64,000 nucleotides of DNA from Alphaproteobacteria bacterium (GCA_037387885.1 JARRKQ010000009.1:1601-65600); one strand, 5' to 3'. Numbered from the stretch's first letter, positions 16,243 through 25,535 are shown. Program-made: numbers and translations. The notes: generated from the letters alone by a model not told the origin.

Positions 16243-16995
16243 ATGCGCGTACCCTATCACCATGCCGATCCGACCGGCGCTGTCGGCATTGTCGCATTGG
16301 CCGACTATCTGCAACAGGCCGCGGGTGACCATGCCGAGGATCTTGGCGCCGGCGCCGAGCGGCTGGCCAGCGACGGCCTGTTTTGGGTCTTGACCCGTCT
16401 CTTCGTCCGGATCGCCCGCGCGCCGCGCGGCGGCGAAACCATCGAAATCGAGACCTGGCCGTCGGAGCGCCCGCGCCAGCTTTTCCTGCGCGACTTCCGG
16501 CTCCGCGGCGAGGACGGCGCGGAGATCGTGACCGCCACTAGCCACTGGGCGCTGATCGACGCGGCACGCCGCAAGGCAGTCAAGGGCCCGGCCTGGCTGA
16601 CCGAGCTGATCGCCTTCGACCCCGCGCGCGCCGTCAGGTTTCCCGACACGTCGCCCAGACGGCTGGAACGCGTGGAACAGGCGGCGGAGGTGAAGCCCCG
16701 CTGGGCGGACATGGACGTGAACGGTCATGTGAACAACGCCAACCTCGTGGGCTGGCTGCTGGAGGTCCTGCAATCGGACTGGCTGGCCACGCACAGCCTC
16801 TCGGCGCTCGATGTCGCGTTCAGGGCGGAATGCCGGCGCGACGATATGGTGCGGTCCTGCGCCACCCGGATCATGGGCAACACTTTTCTGCACGCGCTCC
16901 TGCGCGGCGATGGTGCGGAGATCGTTCGCGCTCAAAGCTGGTGGCAGCGGCGCGATCCCCTCTCCGGCTCAGAGCGAGCGCAAGAACGCGAGTAA
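16243..16995 (+). CDS. Acyl-ACP thioesterase family protein (start uncertain; the ORF opens at 16132)
   Basis: Hotdog-fold thioesterase pattern: YHHADPTGAVGIVALADYLQQAAGDHAEDLG...FWVLTRLFVRI...ADMDVNGHVNNANLVGW. Confidence 0.7.
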   Translation: MRVPYHHADPTGAVGIVALADYLQQAAGDHAEDLGAGAERLASDGLFWVLTRLFVRIARAPRGGETIEIETWPSERPRQLFLRDFRLRGEDGAEIVTATSHWALIDAARRKAVKGPAWLTELIAFDPARAVRFPDTSPRRLERVEQAAEVKPRWADMDVNGHVNNANLVGWLLEVLQSDWLATHSLSALDVAFRAECRRDDMVRSCATRIMGNTFLHALLRGDGAEIVRAQSWWQRRDPLSGSERAQERE

Positions 16996-18516
16996 CGCCG
17001 CGCGCTCGCTGCGGCTCATCTCGACGACGCGCTGCTTGGCGGCCTCGGCCTCGCCGCCGTGCCAGAGGATCGCCTCCAGCAGGGTCCGCGCCCGGCCGTC
17101 ATGAAGGAAGGTCGCGCGCGGATTGACGGTCTTGGCAAGCCCGATGCCCCAGAGCGGCGCCGTCCGCCACTCGCTGCCGCTCGCCCGGCCCTCCGGCCGC
17201 TTGTCGGCGAGCCCCTCGCCCATGTCGTGCAGCAACAGATCGGTGTAGGGCCAGATGAGCTGGAACGACTGCTCGGGCCGGTCGGGAAGTCGCCGGGTGA
17301 CGAATTTCGGCCGATGGCAGCCGATGCAGCCGGAGCGATAGAACAGCGCCTTGCCCTTCAGGACCTGCTTGTCGTGCAGGCTCCGCCGCGCCGGCACGCC
17401 CAGATTGCGGCTGTAGAAGACGACTAGATCGAACATCGCCTTCGGCACTTCGGTCGTCCCCCCCGCGGGACCACCGGCACCATTCGGCGCCTGGCGGCAG
17501 AGCTTCTGTGCGGAGGTGCAGTCCCCTGCATGGGCGCCGAAGATCGGGGTCGACAGCCCGATATCGCCGAGGAACGCGCCGGCCGACTGCTGGGCGACCG
17601 TCGGCTGGCCCGCCTTCCAGCCGAAGCGGCCGAGCATCACCTTGCCGTACTCCTCGCTCCAGACGCGGTTGGCCCGGCCGGAGATGCCGTCGCCGTTGCG
17701 GTCATCGGGATCGGCCCCCGCCAGGATGTCGCGCGCGGCAATCGCCTCGAGCAGCCCCACACCGATCATCGGCGGCGCGAGCCGGGGCGAGATCATCAGG
17801 CCGGGATGCGCCGGCCCGTAGCGGAGACCCGCCGCCTTGTAGTGGGGCTTGCGAAGCGTCACCACGGTGCCGTCGGCAAGCTTTACCGGCTGGTCCTCGT
17901 AGCGGATTTCCATGCGTCCCTCGGCCGCGACGCCGCGGATCGCGAAGTTCTGCAGCTGGCCGCCATAAGTCGGATCGGGGATGACCGCCGCCTTGCCCGA
18001 TTTGAGCGCCGCCCGCTCGGCCGCATTGCGCGGCGGGATGCTCAAACGCAGGAACATCGCGATCGCCCGTTCGCCCTTGGCCGGCACGTGGCCGCGGCCG
18101 TCCTTCAAATGGCAATGCTGACACGACCGGGCATTGAAGAGCGGGCCTAGTCCGTCGGACGACTTGGTCGAAGACGGCGCCGAGACCCAGACCTTCCTGA
18201 AGATGCCGTTGCCGACCTTGAACTGCAGCTCGCGCTCGAAGGACATGTTCGCCGAGGCGTGAGAGAAGATGTCGGCGTTGAGCGCCTTGAACACGGTCGC
18301 CGCCCCGGCCGGCCGGCGCTCGAAGGGCTCGGGCTTGTCGAAATTGGTGGTCGGCCGGGTGACCGCGGCAATGCGCGCGCGCTCCGACGGAGCGGCGGCG
18401 TCGGCGCCAAGGGACGAAATCACGGTAACGTTGACGGCGCACAGAGCTCCGCCGAGCCCGGCCAAAACCAGGCTCCTGGTGACGTATCGTTCCGCAACAC
18501 ACTCTTCAACACGCAT
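16969..18516 (-). CDS. Di-haem cytochrome c peroxidase-like protein (DUF1111 / thiol oxidoreductase type)
   Basis: 515 aa. Two CXXCH sites (CQHCH, CIGCH). Typical partner of imelysin genes. Confidence 0.8.
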   Translation of the reverse strand: MRVEECVAERYVTRSLVLAGLGGALCAVNVTVISSLGADAAAPSERARIAAVTRPTTNFDKPEPFERRPAGAATVFKALNADIFSHASANMSFERELQFKVGNGIFRKVWVSAPSSTKSSDGLGPLFNARSCQHCHLKDGRGHVPAKGERAIAMFLRLSIPPRNAAERAALKSGKAAVIPDPTYGGQLQNFAIRGVAAEGRMEIRYEDQPVKLADGTVVTLRKPHYKAAGLRYGPAHPGLMISPRLAPPMIGVGLLEAIAARDILAGADPDDRNGDGISGRANRVWSEEYGKVMLGRFGWKAGQPTVAQQSAGAFLGDIGLSTPIFGAHAGDCTSAQKLCRQAPNGAGGPAGGTTEVPKAMFDLVVFYSRNLGVPARRSLHDKQVLKGKALFYRSGCIGCHRPKFVTRRLPDRPEQSFQLIWPYTDLLLHDMGEGLADKRPEGRASGSEWRTAPLWGIGLAKTVNPRATFLHDGRARTLLEAILWHGGEAEAAKQRVVEMSRSERAALLAFLRSL

Positions 18517-18538
18517 GGGTCACGACTTTCCAAATAAA

Positions 18539-18573
18539 AGGTCGGAGCGGCGTGCCGCGCGCCGCCCCGACCT
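18539..18573 (-). terminator. Intrinsic terminator/attenuator between the imelysin and di-haem genes
   Basis: Minus strand: AGGTCGGGGCGGCG-CGCGGCA-CGCCGCTCCGACCT followed by TTTTATTT. 14-bp stem with one mismatch. Confidence 0.6.
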
Positions 18574-18592
18574 TATGCCCTAGCTTCGTCGC

Positions 18593-19873
18593 TTACTTGA
18601 ACACCTTTTCCGGATCGTCGAGGCTGTCGGAACCCTCGAAGGCAATCGCCTTCAGGCCCAGCGCGCCGACCACCTTCTGGATCGATTTGGTCTGGGTCTT
18701 CAACGCCTCGACCGCCGCCTCGACCACGGCGTTGCCGGCCGGGTTCTTGGGCCCGATCATCTGATCATAGGCCTCGCCGGCTTCCGCCCGCTTCTTCAGC
18801 GTCAGCATGGCCGCATGCGTGGCCGCAAGCCGCGCCGCCATTTCCTTGTGCAGCCCAGGGTTGGCTTCGGCGACCATATTGGCGAGCGACGGCCCGGTGA
18901 CCTTGCTGCCGTCGGTCCGCGTGTAGCGGCCGTGATAGACGTTCAGGATCCCCACGACGTCGTAGTAATGCGAGTTGTGGGTGTTGTCGGAGAAGCAGTC
19001 ATGCTCTTCCTCCGGGTCGTGCAGCATGAGACCGAGCTTTATCCGCTCGCCGGCGAGCTCGCCGTAGGACAGGCTGCCCATGCCGGTCAGCATCGCGGCA
19101 ATGCCCTTGTTCGCGTCGCCTTTGAGCAGCCCCTCGCGCGCTTTGCCGCCGGGCGCCCACTGGGCGACGATCCAGGTCAGGTCGTCCACCAGCAGATCCG
19201 TGGCCACGCGCAGATAGGCCGCGCGGCGCGCGCAGTTGCCATTTGTGCATTTCGTCCGGCTGAAGTCGGTCCAGGGACGATTGCCCGCGCCCGGCCCGGT
19301 GCCGTTCAGATCCTGCCCCCAGAGCAGAAACTCGATCGCATGGTAGCCGGTCGCGACATTCGCCTCGACCTTGCCCGCCTCATGCAGCTGTTCGGACAGA
19401 AGCGCCTTGGTGATCGTCGTAGCGTCGATGACCTTGCCGCCCAGCTTGAGCTTGGGATTGGCGATCACATTGGCGGTGTAGAACGGGTTGTCCTTCTTCG
19501 AGGTGCCGTAAGCCTTGGCCACATAGTCGATCATGCCCTCGTCGAGCGGCCAGGAATTCACCTTGCCCTCCCATTCGTCGACGATCGCATTGCCGAAGCG
19601 GAAGGCCTCGGTCTGCATGTAGGGCACGCGCGCGGCGATCCATGCGGTGCGCGCCGCCTTGAGGCCCGCCGCGCTAGGTGCCTTGAGGAAGGCGTTGATC
19701 GTCGTGCGCAGCGTCTTGGCGCTGGCGAGCGCATCCGAATACGCCGCGTGGGCGATCCGTACGTACGTGTCGAGCACCGCGCGTTTGTCGGTCTTGGCGG
19801 CCGCAGGCATTGCGCTCACGCAAACCATGCACGCCAGCGCCGCGGCGCCGATCCACAATCGCTTCCCGTACAT
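18593..19873 (-). CDS. Imelysin (peptidase M75 / IrpA-like) family protein
   Basis: Signal peptide MYGKRLWIGAAALACMVCVSAMPAAA. Family motif GYHAIEFLLWGQD. RBS AAGGAA upstream of ATG 19873. Confidence 0.8.
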   Translation of the reverse strand: MYGKRLWIGAAALACMVCVSAMPAAAKTDKRAVLDTYVRIAHAAYSDALASAKTLRTTINAFLKAPSAAGLKAARTAWIAARVPYMQTEAFRFGNAIVDEWEGKVNSWPLDEGMIDYVAKAYGTSKKDNPFYTANVIANPKLKLGGKVIDATTITKALLSEQLHEAGKVEANVATGYHAIEFLLWGQDLNGTGPGAGNRPWTDFSRTKCTNGNCARRAAYLRVATDLLVDDLTWIVAQWAPGGKAREGLLKGDANKGIAAMLTGMGSLSYGELAGERIKLGLMLHDPEEEHDCFSDNTHNSHYYDVVGILNVYHGRYTRTDGSKVTGPSLANMVAEANPGLHKEMAARLAATHAAMLTLKKRAEAGEAYDQMIGPKNPAGNAVVEAAVEALKTQTKSIQKVVGALGLKAIAFEGSDSLDDPEKVFK

Positions 19874-19935
19874 TTCCTTGGTTCCCTTTCTCAAGATCGT
19901 CAATGTGCCGTCTGCCGGCCTCGGAGGATGCGCGC

Positions 19936-21087
19936 TCATTCGTCGTCGCATTTCGTGCGCACCGCCAGGCAGAACGTGTAGGTCAGCAAGACGCCGACTG
20001 TGTGCGTCGCAATGCTGTCCTCGTTTCGGTAGCTGTAACCAACGGCAACGCCCAGGTCGTTCTCGAAAAGAACTTTCTTGAAGGTGTAGCCGATGGAGGT
20101 CGCGAACAGATTGTCCCGCACGGTGCCGGCCATCGGCGTGTGGGTATGGCGGAAGGTGTGGGACAGCGTGAATTCCCAGTTGTCTTTCTCGATGCTGAAG
20201 CCGGTGGTGAGATAGTTCCGCCGCTGACCGGAGACGCCGTCGGCATCGAAGATGTGGACGTATTCCAATATCGGTTTGATCGTGTAGCCGCTGAGCTCGG
20301 CCTCATAGCCGAGCGCGAAAGCAATGCCCCGTTCATCGGGGCCGCCGCGTACGCCCTGATGGATGTATGAGACGTGATAGGTCAGCCCCTCGAGCCCCGA
20401 CAGCTTCTCGCCCTCCAGGGTCACGTGGAAGGATTTCAAGCCCCGCGTGTTGCTGGGCCCGCCATCGGCCAGCACCGGCCGCGTGCGCTTGGTGATCGCC
20501 GAGCCAGACAGCACGCTGCGGTCTAGCACGAACGTGCTGGCGCTGAGCGTGTGCGTGCCGAGCGCGCCGTGCTCGAGGATCAGCGCGCCGCCGAAGCCGA
20601 GCCGTTCGACAAACTCGTAATCCTCGGCGAAGTCCGCGCCGTAGATGCCCGGCGCCTTGTCCCAGGCGGTGCCGAAATTGGGACCGAACTTGCCGCCCCA
20701 GACCCGGAACTTAAGCGCGTTCGGCCCGTCACTTGTCAGTGTGCCTTTATATTGAAGATAAAGATCCTGCAGGTAGATGCCGTGCGAGCGGAAATATCGG
20801 TTCTCGCCCGACCGTGGGTCGCGCATCGTCTCGAGGACGGCGTGGGCATAGAATGACAGCCCCGGCAGGATGCCGACGGTAACTTCTGGCTCCACCGTCG
20901 TGTAAAGATCGTTGAGCTTGTTGCTCCGGTCGTCCGATTTGAAGTTGCCGTCGTTCTGGATCTCGATCGGAACGACGACCAAAAGCCACGGTTCTTTCGT
21001 CGCTTCTTCCGCCAACGCTGCGGACTGCGACATGCCCAACGCGCCCGCGAATACAATGCCGAGTAACGGCCTGCTACCCCATTTCAT
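19936..21087 (-). CDS. Putative outer-membrane beta-barrel (porin-like) protein
   Basis: Signal peptide MKWGSRPLLGIVFAGALGMSQSAALA. Alternating beta-strand-like pattern. A near-C-terminal ...VGVLLTYTF is followed by 11 extra residues. Confidence 0.55.
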   Translation of the reverse strand: MKWGSRPLLGIVFAGALGMSQSAALAEEATKEPWLLVVVPIEIQNDGNFKSDDRSNKLNDLYTTVEPEVTVGILPGLSFYAHAVLETMRDPRSGENRYFRSHGIYLQDLYLQYKGTLTSDGPNALKFRVWGGKFGPNFGTAWDKAPGIYGADFAEDYEFVERLGFGGALILEHGALGTHTLSASTFVLDRSVLSGSAITKRTRPVLADGGPSNTRGLKSFHVTLEGEKLSGLEGLTYHVSYIHQGVRGGPDERGIAFALGYEAELSGYTIKPILEYVHIFDADGVSGQRRNYLTTGFSIEKDNWEFTLSHTFRHTHTPMAGTVRDNLFATSIGYTFKKVLFENDLGVAVGYSYRNEDSIATHTVGVLLTYTFCLAVRTKCDDE

Positions 21088-21323
21088 GATGTCGACCCCC
21101 TTTTGTCGTCCTGCCAACGACGACCGCGAACCGCACACAGATACCTTCGGTCCCCTATCGCCCGGCTGTCGCGGGCAAGCCCGGGCTGCACGTCAGAGCC
21201 CGGCCGGTCTGGGGCGAAGCCGTCTTGCCCCGGTCGTGTCAACCACCGCGTTCTAGTTGTGACTAATTCTTATTTGCTGTTACGCCTCGACCTTCTAGCA
21301 GGCACGGATCCGAGATACAACTA

Positions 21324-21341
21324 ATAATTAATCGCAATTAT
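21324..21341. promoter_or_regulatory. AT-rich palindrome, weak Fur-box-like candidate upstream of the porin/imelysin cluster
   Basis: ATAATT-AATCGC-AATTAT, in the only AT-rich stretch of the 430-bp region upstream of the porin-like gene. Only about 10/19 match to the classical Fur box. Confidence 0.3.
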
Positions 21342-21518
21342 GGTGCTATGGGTTTGATGGGGAACTAAATATGAAGACGCACCGCGGCCGGCGCCTCGAT
21401 CGGACATCTGGCTCGCCGCATACGCTGTTGTGAGCGCAGGCGCGGCAAACCGGCGCCATGGTGGCAGCGGATCTATCGGTTTAGTGCGGTTGCGTCCCGG
21501 CGGGTCAGGTCGGGCGGG

Positions 21519-22304
21519 CTACAGGTCCTCGATGCCCGACAAGTCTTTCAGCATCTCGTCGTCGCGAATGACGACCCGGTTGGGATCCGGCAGTTCGATG
21601 GCACCCGACTTCCTCAAGCGCGTCACCGTGCGGCTCACGGTCTCGATCGTCAGGCCCAGGAAGTCGCCGATGTCCTGGCGCGACATCGGCAGAATCACGG
21701 TGTCCGCCTGGGTCGGCGAGGTCGCCCGCTTTCGCATCATCAGCAGAAATGTCGCCAAACGCTCCTGGGCCGTCTTGCGGCCGAGTAGCAGCATCTGGTC
21801 CTGCGCCGCGGCGATCTCGTTGGCGGCATTGCTCAGCAACCGATGCTCCAGCTCGGGAAAGCGCACGAGCAGCGCCTCGAATTCGCGCCGCGGGAACTTG
21901 CAGAGCTCGGCCGCCGTGACGGCTTCCACGGAGTAGGAATACTTATTGAGCAGGGCCAGCCCCAGGAAATCCCCCGGAAACAGGAACCCGGTGATCTGGG
22001 TGCGGCCATCGGCCAGGAGCTTGAACAGCTTGACCACGCCAAGCTTGACGTTGAACAGAAAGTCGGCCGGATCGCCCTCGAAAAAGACGCTCTGGCCCGG
22101 GGCGAACCGAACGTCGGAGCGGATCGCCGCCATGGCCGGCAGATCTCCCGAGCTGAGCGCCGCACAGACCGACTGGGTGCGCGCCCCGCAGGCAGCACAC
22201 CCCCCGCTCTCGCGGCGGGCCACGGCGGGGACCAGCTCGCTGATCACCCCGCCGTCCGGCGACTTCTCATTTGTTGGCACTGCGTCCCTCCCGAAAAGAC
22301 GCAA
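21519..22304 (-). CDS. Crp/Fnr-family regulator, FnrN/FnrL type (N-terminal Cys cluster)
   Basis: 261 aa. CAACGARTQSVC (C-x2-C-x7-C) plus a central Cys (AAELCKF). cNMP-like barrel. C-terminal HTH SRQDIGDFLGLTIETVSRTVTRL. Confidence 0.85.
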   Translation of the reverse strand: MRLFGRDAVPTNEKSPDGGVISELVPAVARRESGGCAACGARTQSVCAALSSGDLPAMAAIRSDVRFAPGQSVFFEGDPADFLFNVKLGVVKLFKLLADGRTQITGFLFPGDFLGLALLNKYSYSVEAVTAAELCKFPRREFEALLVRFPELEHRLLSNAANEIAAAQDQMLLLGRKTAQERLATFLLMMRKRATSPTQADTVILPMSRQDIGDFLGLTIETVSRTVTRLRKSGAIELPDPNRVVIRDDEMLKDLSGIEDL

Positions 22305-22413
22305 TGAAATTAGCCCCCCTTGGGAGGCGCATCAATACCGTCGCGCACGACCGCAGCCGGCCCCGTCGGCGTGCATTGAATGCCCACAGGGTAAATTGTC
22401 AGTGAAATCGGGC

Positions 22414-23064
22414 CTATCTCCGCCCTACGTCGATCTTGGACCGCGTGCTCGCCCGCTTGGGCTCGTGCCGGGCCCCCAGGCCCCAGGGGGCCGGCGCCGT
22501 GGCGACGATCTTGCGGAACAGGCCATTAAAGGCCGCTTGGGGGTTGGCGCCAAAGATCGGGTCGTCGTTCTCGCCGAAGGCCGTATCGATCGTGCGCCAA
22601 TCGGCCTCGCTCAGCGTTTCGCGGGCCGCCGGCAGAATCTTCGTTTCCTCCAGCCGAATATGCTCCCATTGGAAGGCGACATAGCTCTTCGCCGCCTGGT
22701 CGAACGCCTCGTGACTGTCCGCTTTGCCGGCCTTCCAGGCAGCGAGCAGCGATGCCAGCCCCGCCGTCTTCCGCACGCAGTCTTCGTGCTGCTCCTGCAA
22801 TTCGTGGATCACCGCGGCCGCCGCGGGATCCTGGCGCGCCACGGCCGGAAACAGGTAGTCGTCTTCCTTGGGATGATGAAACTGGTCGGGAAATTCCGCG
22901 AGATAGCGAACAACCAGGTCGAGCACATCGAAGGGCGGGTCCAGTTCGTCCTCGCGCACTTCCTTAAGGATCTGCTCCAAGCAATGGATCACCGCGGCAA
23001 TGGCGCGATGTTCATTGCGGATAATGTCATAAGCGCGGTGTCGCGTTGCAGCCTGCACGGGCAA
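22414..23064 (-). CDS. Hemerythrin-domain protein
   Basis: 216 aa. HHE-type motifs (NEHRAIAAVIH, FHHPKEDDYLFP, LQEQHED, WEHIRLEE). Confidence 0.75.
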   Translation of the reverse strand: MPVQAATRHRAYDIIRNEHRAIAAVIHCLEQILKEVREDELDPPFDVLDLVVRYLAEFPDQFHHPKEDDYLFPAVARQDPAAAAVIHELQEQHEDCVRKTAGLASLLAAWKAGKADSHEAFDQAAKSYVAFQWEHIRLEETKILPAARETLSEADWRTIDTAFGENDDPIFGANPQAAFNGLFRKIVATAPAPWGLGARHEPKRASTRSKIDVGRR

Positions 23065-23186
23065 GAACCTTCAATGCCTCCCAGCCGAAGACGTGTGACT
23101 TAACCGGAGTCGCCGCTCCGCTCCCGGTCGGTCTCGGAGAAATCGGCTGGCAGACAGAAGGCTAGGACACAGCGATTCTCCCGCCA

Positions 23187-23200
23187 TTGATCGATATCAA
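23187..23200. promoter_or_regulatory. Perfect FNR/FixK box TTGAT-N4-ATCAA
   Basis: TTGATCGATATCAA, 123 nt upstream of the hemerythrin start codon. Confidence 0.7.
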
Positions 23201-23262
23201 TTGGGCCTGGGAGCGGCGATCTCAGATCGATGCCGCTAGGTGCTGATTGTGGCGAGGGGGAA

Positions 23263-23337
23263 TGGTGGGCGCGGCTGGGATTGAACCAGCGACCCCTGCG
23301 ATGTCAACACAGTGCTCTCCCGCTGAGCTACGCGCCC
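23263..23337 (-). tRNA. tRNA-Val (anticodon GAC)
   Basis: Hand-folded cloverleaf of GGGCGCGTAGCTCAGCGGGAGAGCACTGTGTTGACATCGCAGGGGTCGCTGGTTCAATCCCAGCCGCGCCCACCA. 7-bp acceptor stem, anticodon loop TTGACAT, TTCAATC T-loop and encoded CCA. Confidence 0.9.
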
Positions 23338-23495
23338 TTACCATCTGCCACATGCCCACAAGCCACATTCCGCAAGGCTCGATTGCGCCAAGGGAAACGC
23401 GGCGTGGTGCATATGGTGGGACGGCCGTTATCCGTCAATCCGCTGGGATTTGCAAGACTGCGACGGTCCGCCGCGGGACCGGACGAGAACGCGCG

Positions 23496-23855
23496 CTAGG
23501 CGGCCATCATGCGGTCGATTTCGGCCACGATCTCGCGCAGGTGGAAGGGCTTGGACAGCACCCGCGCATCGCGCGGCGCCTCCTCGCGCGCCTTCAAGGC
23601 CACGGCGGCGAAACCGGTGATGAACATGACCCGGATCTGGGGCTGGGCCGAGGCGGCCCGGCGGGCGAGCTCGATCCCGTCGATGCCCGGCATGACGATG
23701 TCGGCCACCAGCACGTCATAGTCTTCGCGGCGGACAGCGCCCTCCGCGCTCAGACCGTCGCCGACGGCATCGACCTGGTGGCCGGCGCGCACCAGCGCGT
23801 TCGCCAGGAACGTCCGCATCGACTCATCATCTTCGGCCAGCAGGATTTTTGCCAC
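23496..23855 (-). CDS. cpdR: Single-domain response regulator CpdR
   Basis: GTG start giving (M)AKILLAEDDESMRTFL...DIVMPGIDGIELARRA...SKPFHLREIV, 119 aa. Sits in the conserved divergent pairing with an N-formylglutamate amidohydrolase gene. Confidence 0.8.
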   Translation of the reverse strand: MAKILLAEDDESMRTFLANALVRAGHQVDAVGDGLSAEGAVRREDYDVLVADIVMPGIDGIELARRAASAQPQIRVMFITGFAAVALKAREEAPRDARVLSKPFHLREIVAEIDRMMAA

Positions 23856-24031
23856 GTCTGCGGTCCCCAGATTTCCCCTTCGAGTTGCCGCGATGCTAGC
23901 GGCGATAGCCTTGCCAAAGCGTAAATGAGGCCCGGATTGGGGCAAGATATCTCGGAAATTGCCCGGCCTCCAGCCCTCGCGCCTGCCAGCGGGTGACAGG
24001 GGACCTCCGATGGTCTATCAGAATTGTTAAC

Positions 24032-24934
24032 ATGGATACCCACGTAGACACCGCCGGCATTCTGGAGCGGCCCTTCGAAGTTCTGGCACCGGCGGCGCAG
24101 ACCGTCCCGCTGGTCTTTGCCTCTCCCCATAGCGGGCGCAACTATCCGCCCGAATTCGTTGCCGGCTCGCGCCTCGACCCGCTGACCCTGCGGCGCTCGG
24201 AAGACAGCTTCGTCGACGAGCTGTTCGCGGCCGCCCCGAGCCTCGGCGCCCCGCTGCTCAGGGCGCTTTTCCCGCGCGCCTACGTCGATCCGAACCGCGA
24301 GCCTTACGAACTCGATCCCTCGATGTTCGATGGCGGCTTGCCGGACTTCGCCAACACCAGTTCGCCCCGCGTCGCCGCCGGGCTCGGCACGATCGCGCGG
24401 GTGGTCTGCAACGGCGCCGAAATCTACGACCAGAAGATCTCGGCGAGCGAGGCCCTGGCCCGGATCGACACCTACTATCGGCCCTATCACAACGCATTGG
24501 GCGGCCTCCTCGATGCGACCACCGACCGGTACGGCATCGCGCTGCTGGTCGATTGCCATTCGATGCCCTCGGTGGGCGGGCCGATGGACAAGGATCCAGG
24601 CCTCCGGCGGGTCGACTTCGTGCTCGGTGACTGTCACGGCGCCTCCTGCGCGCCGGCGCTCACCGATGCGGTGGCGACGATGCTGCGGGACGAGGGCTAC
24701 GTCGTTACCCGGAACGCGCCCTATGCCGGCGGCTTCACGACGCGCCACTACGGGCGGCCCGGCGACGGCCTGCATGCCCTTCAGATCGAGATCAACCGGG
24801 CGCTCTACATGGACGAGGCCACATATGAGCGCAAACCCTACTTCGCCACGCTGACCGAGCATATGAGCGCCCTTATAAGCGCTCTCACCCGCTTTGACTG
24901 GCGCGCGCTCAAAGCCGATGAGACCGGCGGTTAA
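24032..24934 (+). CDS. N-formylglutamate amidohydrolase family protein
   Basis: MDTHVDTAGILERPFEVLAPAAQTVPLVFASPHSGRNYP...LLVDCHSMPS...LQIEINRALYMDE. Confidence 0.8.
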   Translation: MDTHVDTAGILERPFEVLAPAAQTVPLVFASPHSGRNYPPEFVAGSRLDPLTLRRSEDSFVDELFAAAPSLGAPLLRALFPRAYVDPNREPYELDPSMFDGGLPDFANTSSPRVAAGLGTIARVVCNGAEIYDQKISASEALARIDTYYRPYHNALGGLLDATTDRYGIALLVDCHSMPSVGGPMDKDPGLRRVDFVLGDCHGASCAPALTDAVATMLRDEGYVVTRNAPYAGGFTTRHYGRPGDGLHALQIEINRALYMDEATYERKPYFATLTEHMSALISALTRFDWRALKADETGG

Positions 24935-25463
24935 GCAGGCGGCGCTGACGCTGCGGGACGCCGAAGAGCACGATCTCCCAGCGATCCAGGCCATCTACGC
25001 GCACCATGTCGAGACCGGCCTCGGCTCCTTCGAGGAAGCCGCCCCGGGCTTAAATGAAATGATCCGCCGCTATCATGCGATCCGCGAGCGCGGCATGCCC
25101 TATTTGGTGGCCGTGCTCGACGGCGCGGTCCGGGGCTTTGCCTATGTAGCGACCTACCGGCCGCGCTCGGCCTACCGGCACACGGTGGAGAATTCGATCT
25201 ACGTGGCGCCCGAATGGCACGGCAAGGGCGTCGCCGCCGCCCTGCTGGCGGCGCTCATCGAGCGCTGCACGGAGGCGGGATACCGCCAGATGGTGGCGGT
25301 GATCGGCGATTCGGGCAACCGGGCGTCGGTGGCGCTCCACGAGCGGCTCGGCTTCCGTCAGGTCGGCACGCTGAAATCGGTCGGCCGCAAGCATGGGCGC
25401 TGGGTCGACACGGTCCTCATGCAGCGCACCCTCGGCGAGGGCGACGGCCCGCTCGAGGACTGA
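24918..25463 (+). CDS. GNAT N-acetyltransferase (phosphinothricin acetyltransferase-like)
   Basis: LRDAEEHDLPAIQAIYAHHV...ENSIYVAPEWHGKGVAAALLAALIERC...ALHERLGFRQVG. The start (24918 versus 24894) is uncertain. Confidence 0.75.
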   Translation: MRPAVKQAALTLRDAEEHDLPAIQAIYAHHVETGLGSFEEAAPGLNEMIRRYHAIRERGMPYLVAVLDGAVRGFAYVATYRPRSAYRHTVENSIYVAPEWHGKGVAAALLAALIERCTEAGYRQMVAVIGDSGNRASVALHERLGFRQVGTLKSVGRKHGRWVDTVLMQRTLGEGDGPLED

Positions 25464-25494
25464 AACCCGGCTGCAGACGATTGCAGAAGAAAAA

Positions 25495-25515
25495 GGGGCC
25501 GCGCGGGTCCGCCCC
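25495..25515 (-). terminator. Second minus-strand terminator-like hairpin
   Basis: Minus strand: GGGGCGGACCCGCGCGGCCCC followed by TTTTTCTTC. 5 bp of terminal pairing with a GC-rich interior. Confidence 0.4.
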
Positions 25516-25535
25516 GCCTGCCGAACGGCAGGCTG

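Noticed and set aside
19936-19968. 11-residue extension (CLAVRTKCDDE) after the porin-like protein's ...LLTYTF. That sequence would be an ideal beta-barrel C-terminal signature, so a lost stop or a frameshift was considered.
   Set aside because: No alternative frame or nearby stop supports it. A terminal aromatic residue is a tendency, not a rule, and the barrel assignment itself is only moderate confidence.
23187-23337. tRNA-Val as an integration site for a genomic island covering the fnr / hemerythrin / iron cluster.
   Set aside because: No integrase is present, I noticed no repeat of the tRNA 3-prime end elsewhere in the window, and the adjacent genes have native GC.
23856-24031. CtrA box (TTAA-N7-TTAAC) in the cpdR / amidohydrolase divergent promoter, prompted by ...GAATTGTTAAC just before the ATG.
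   Set aside because: Only the TTAAC half is present. The position 7 nt upstream reads TATC, not TTAA.
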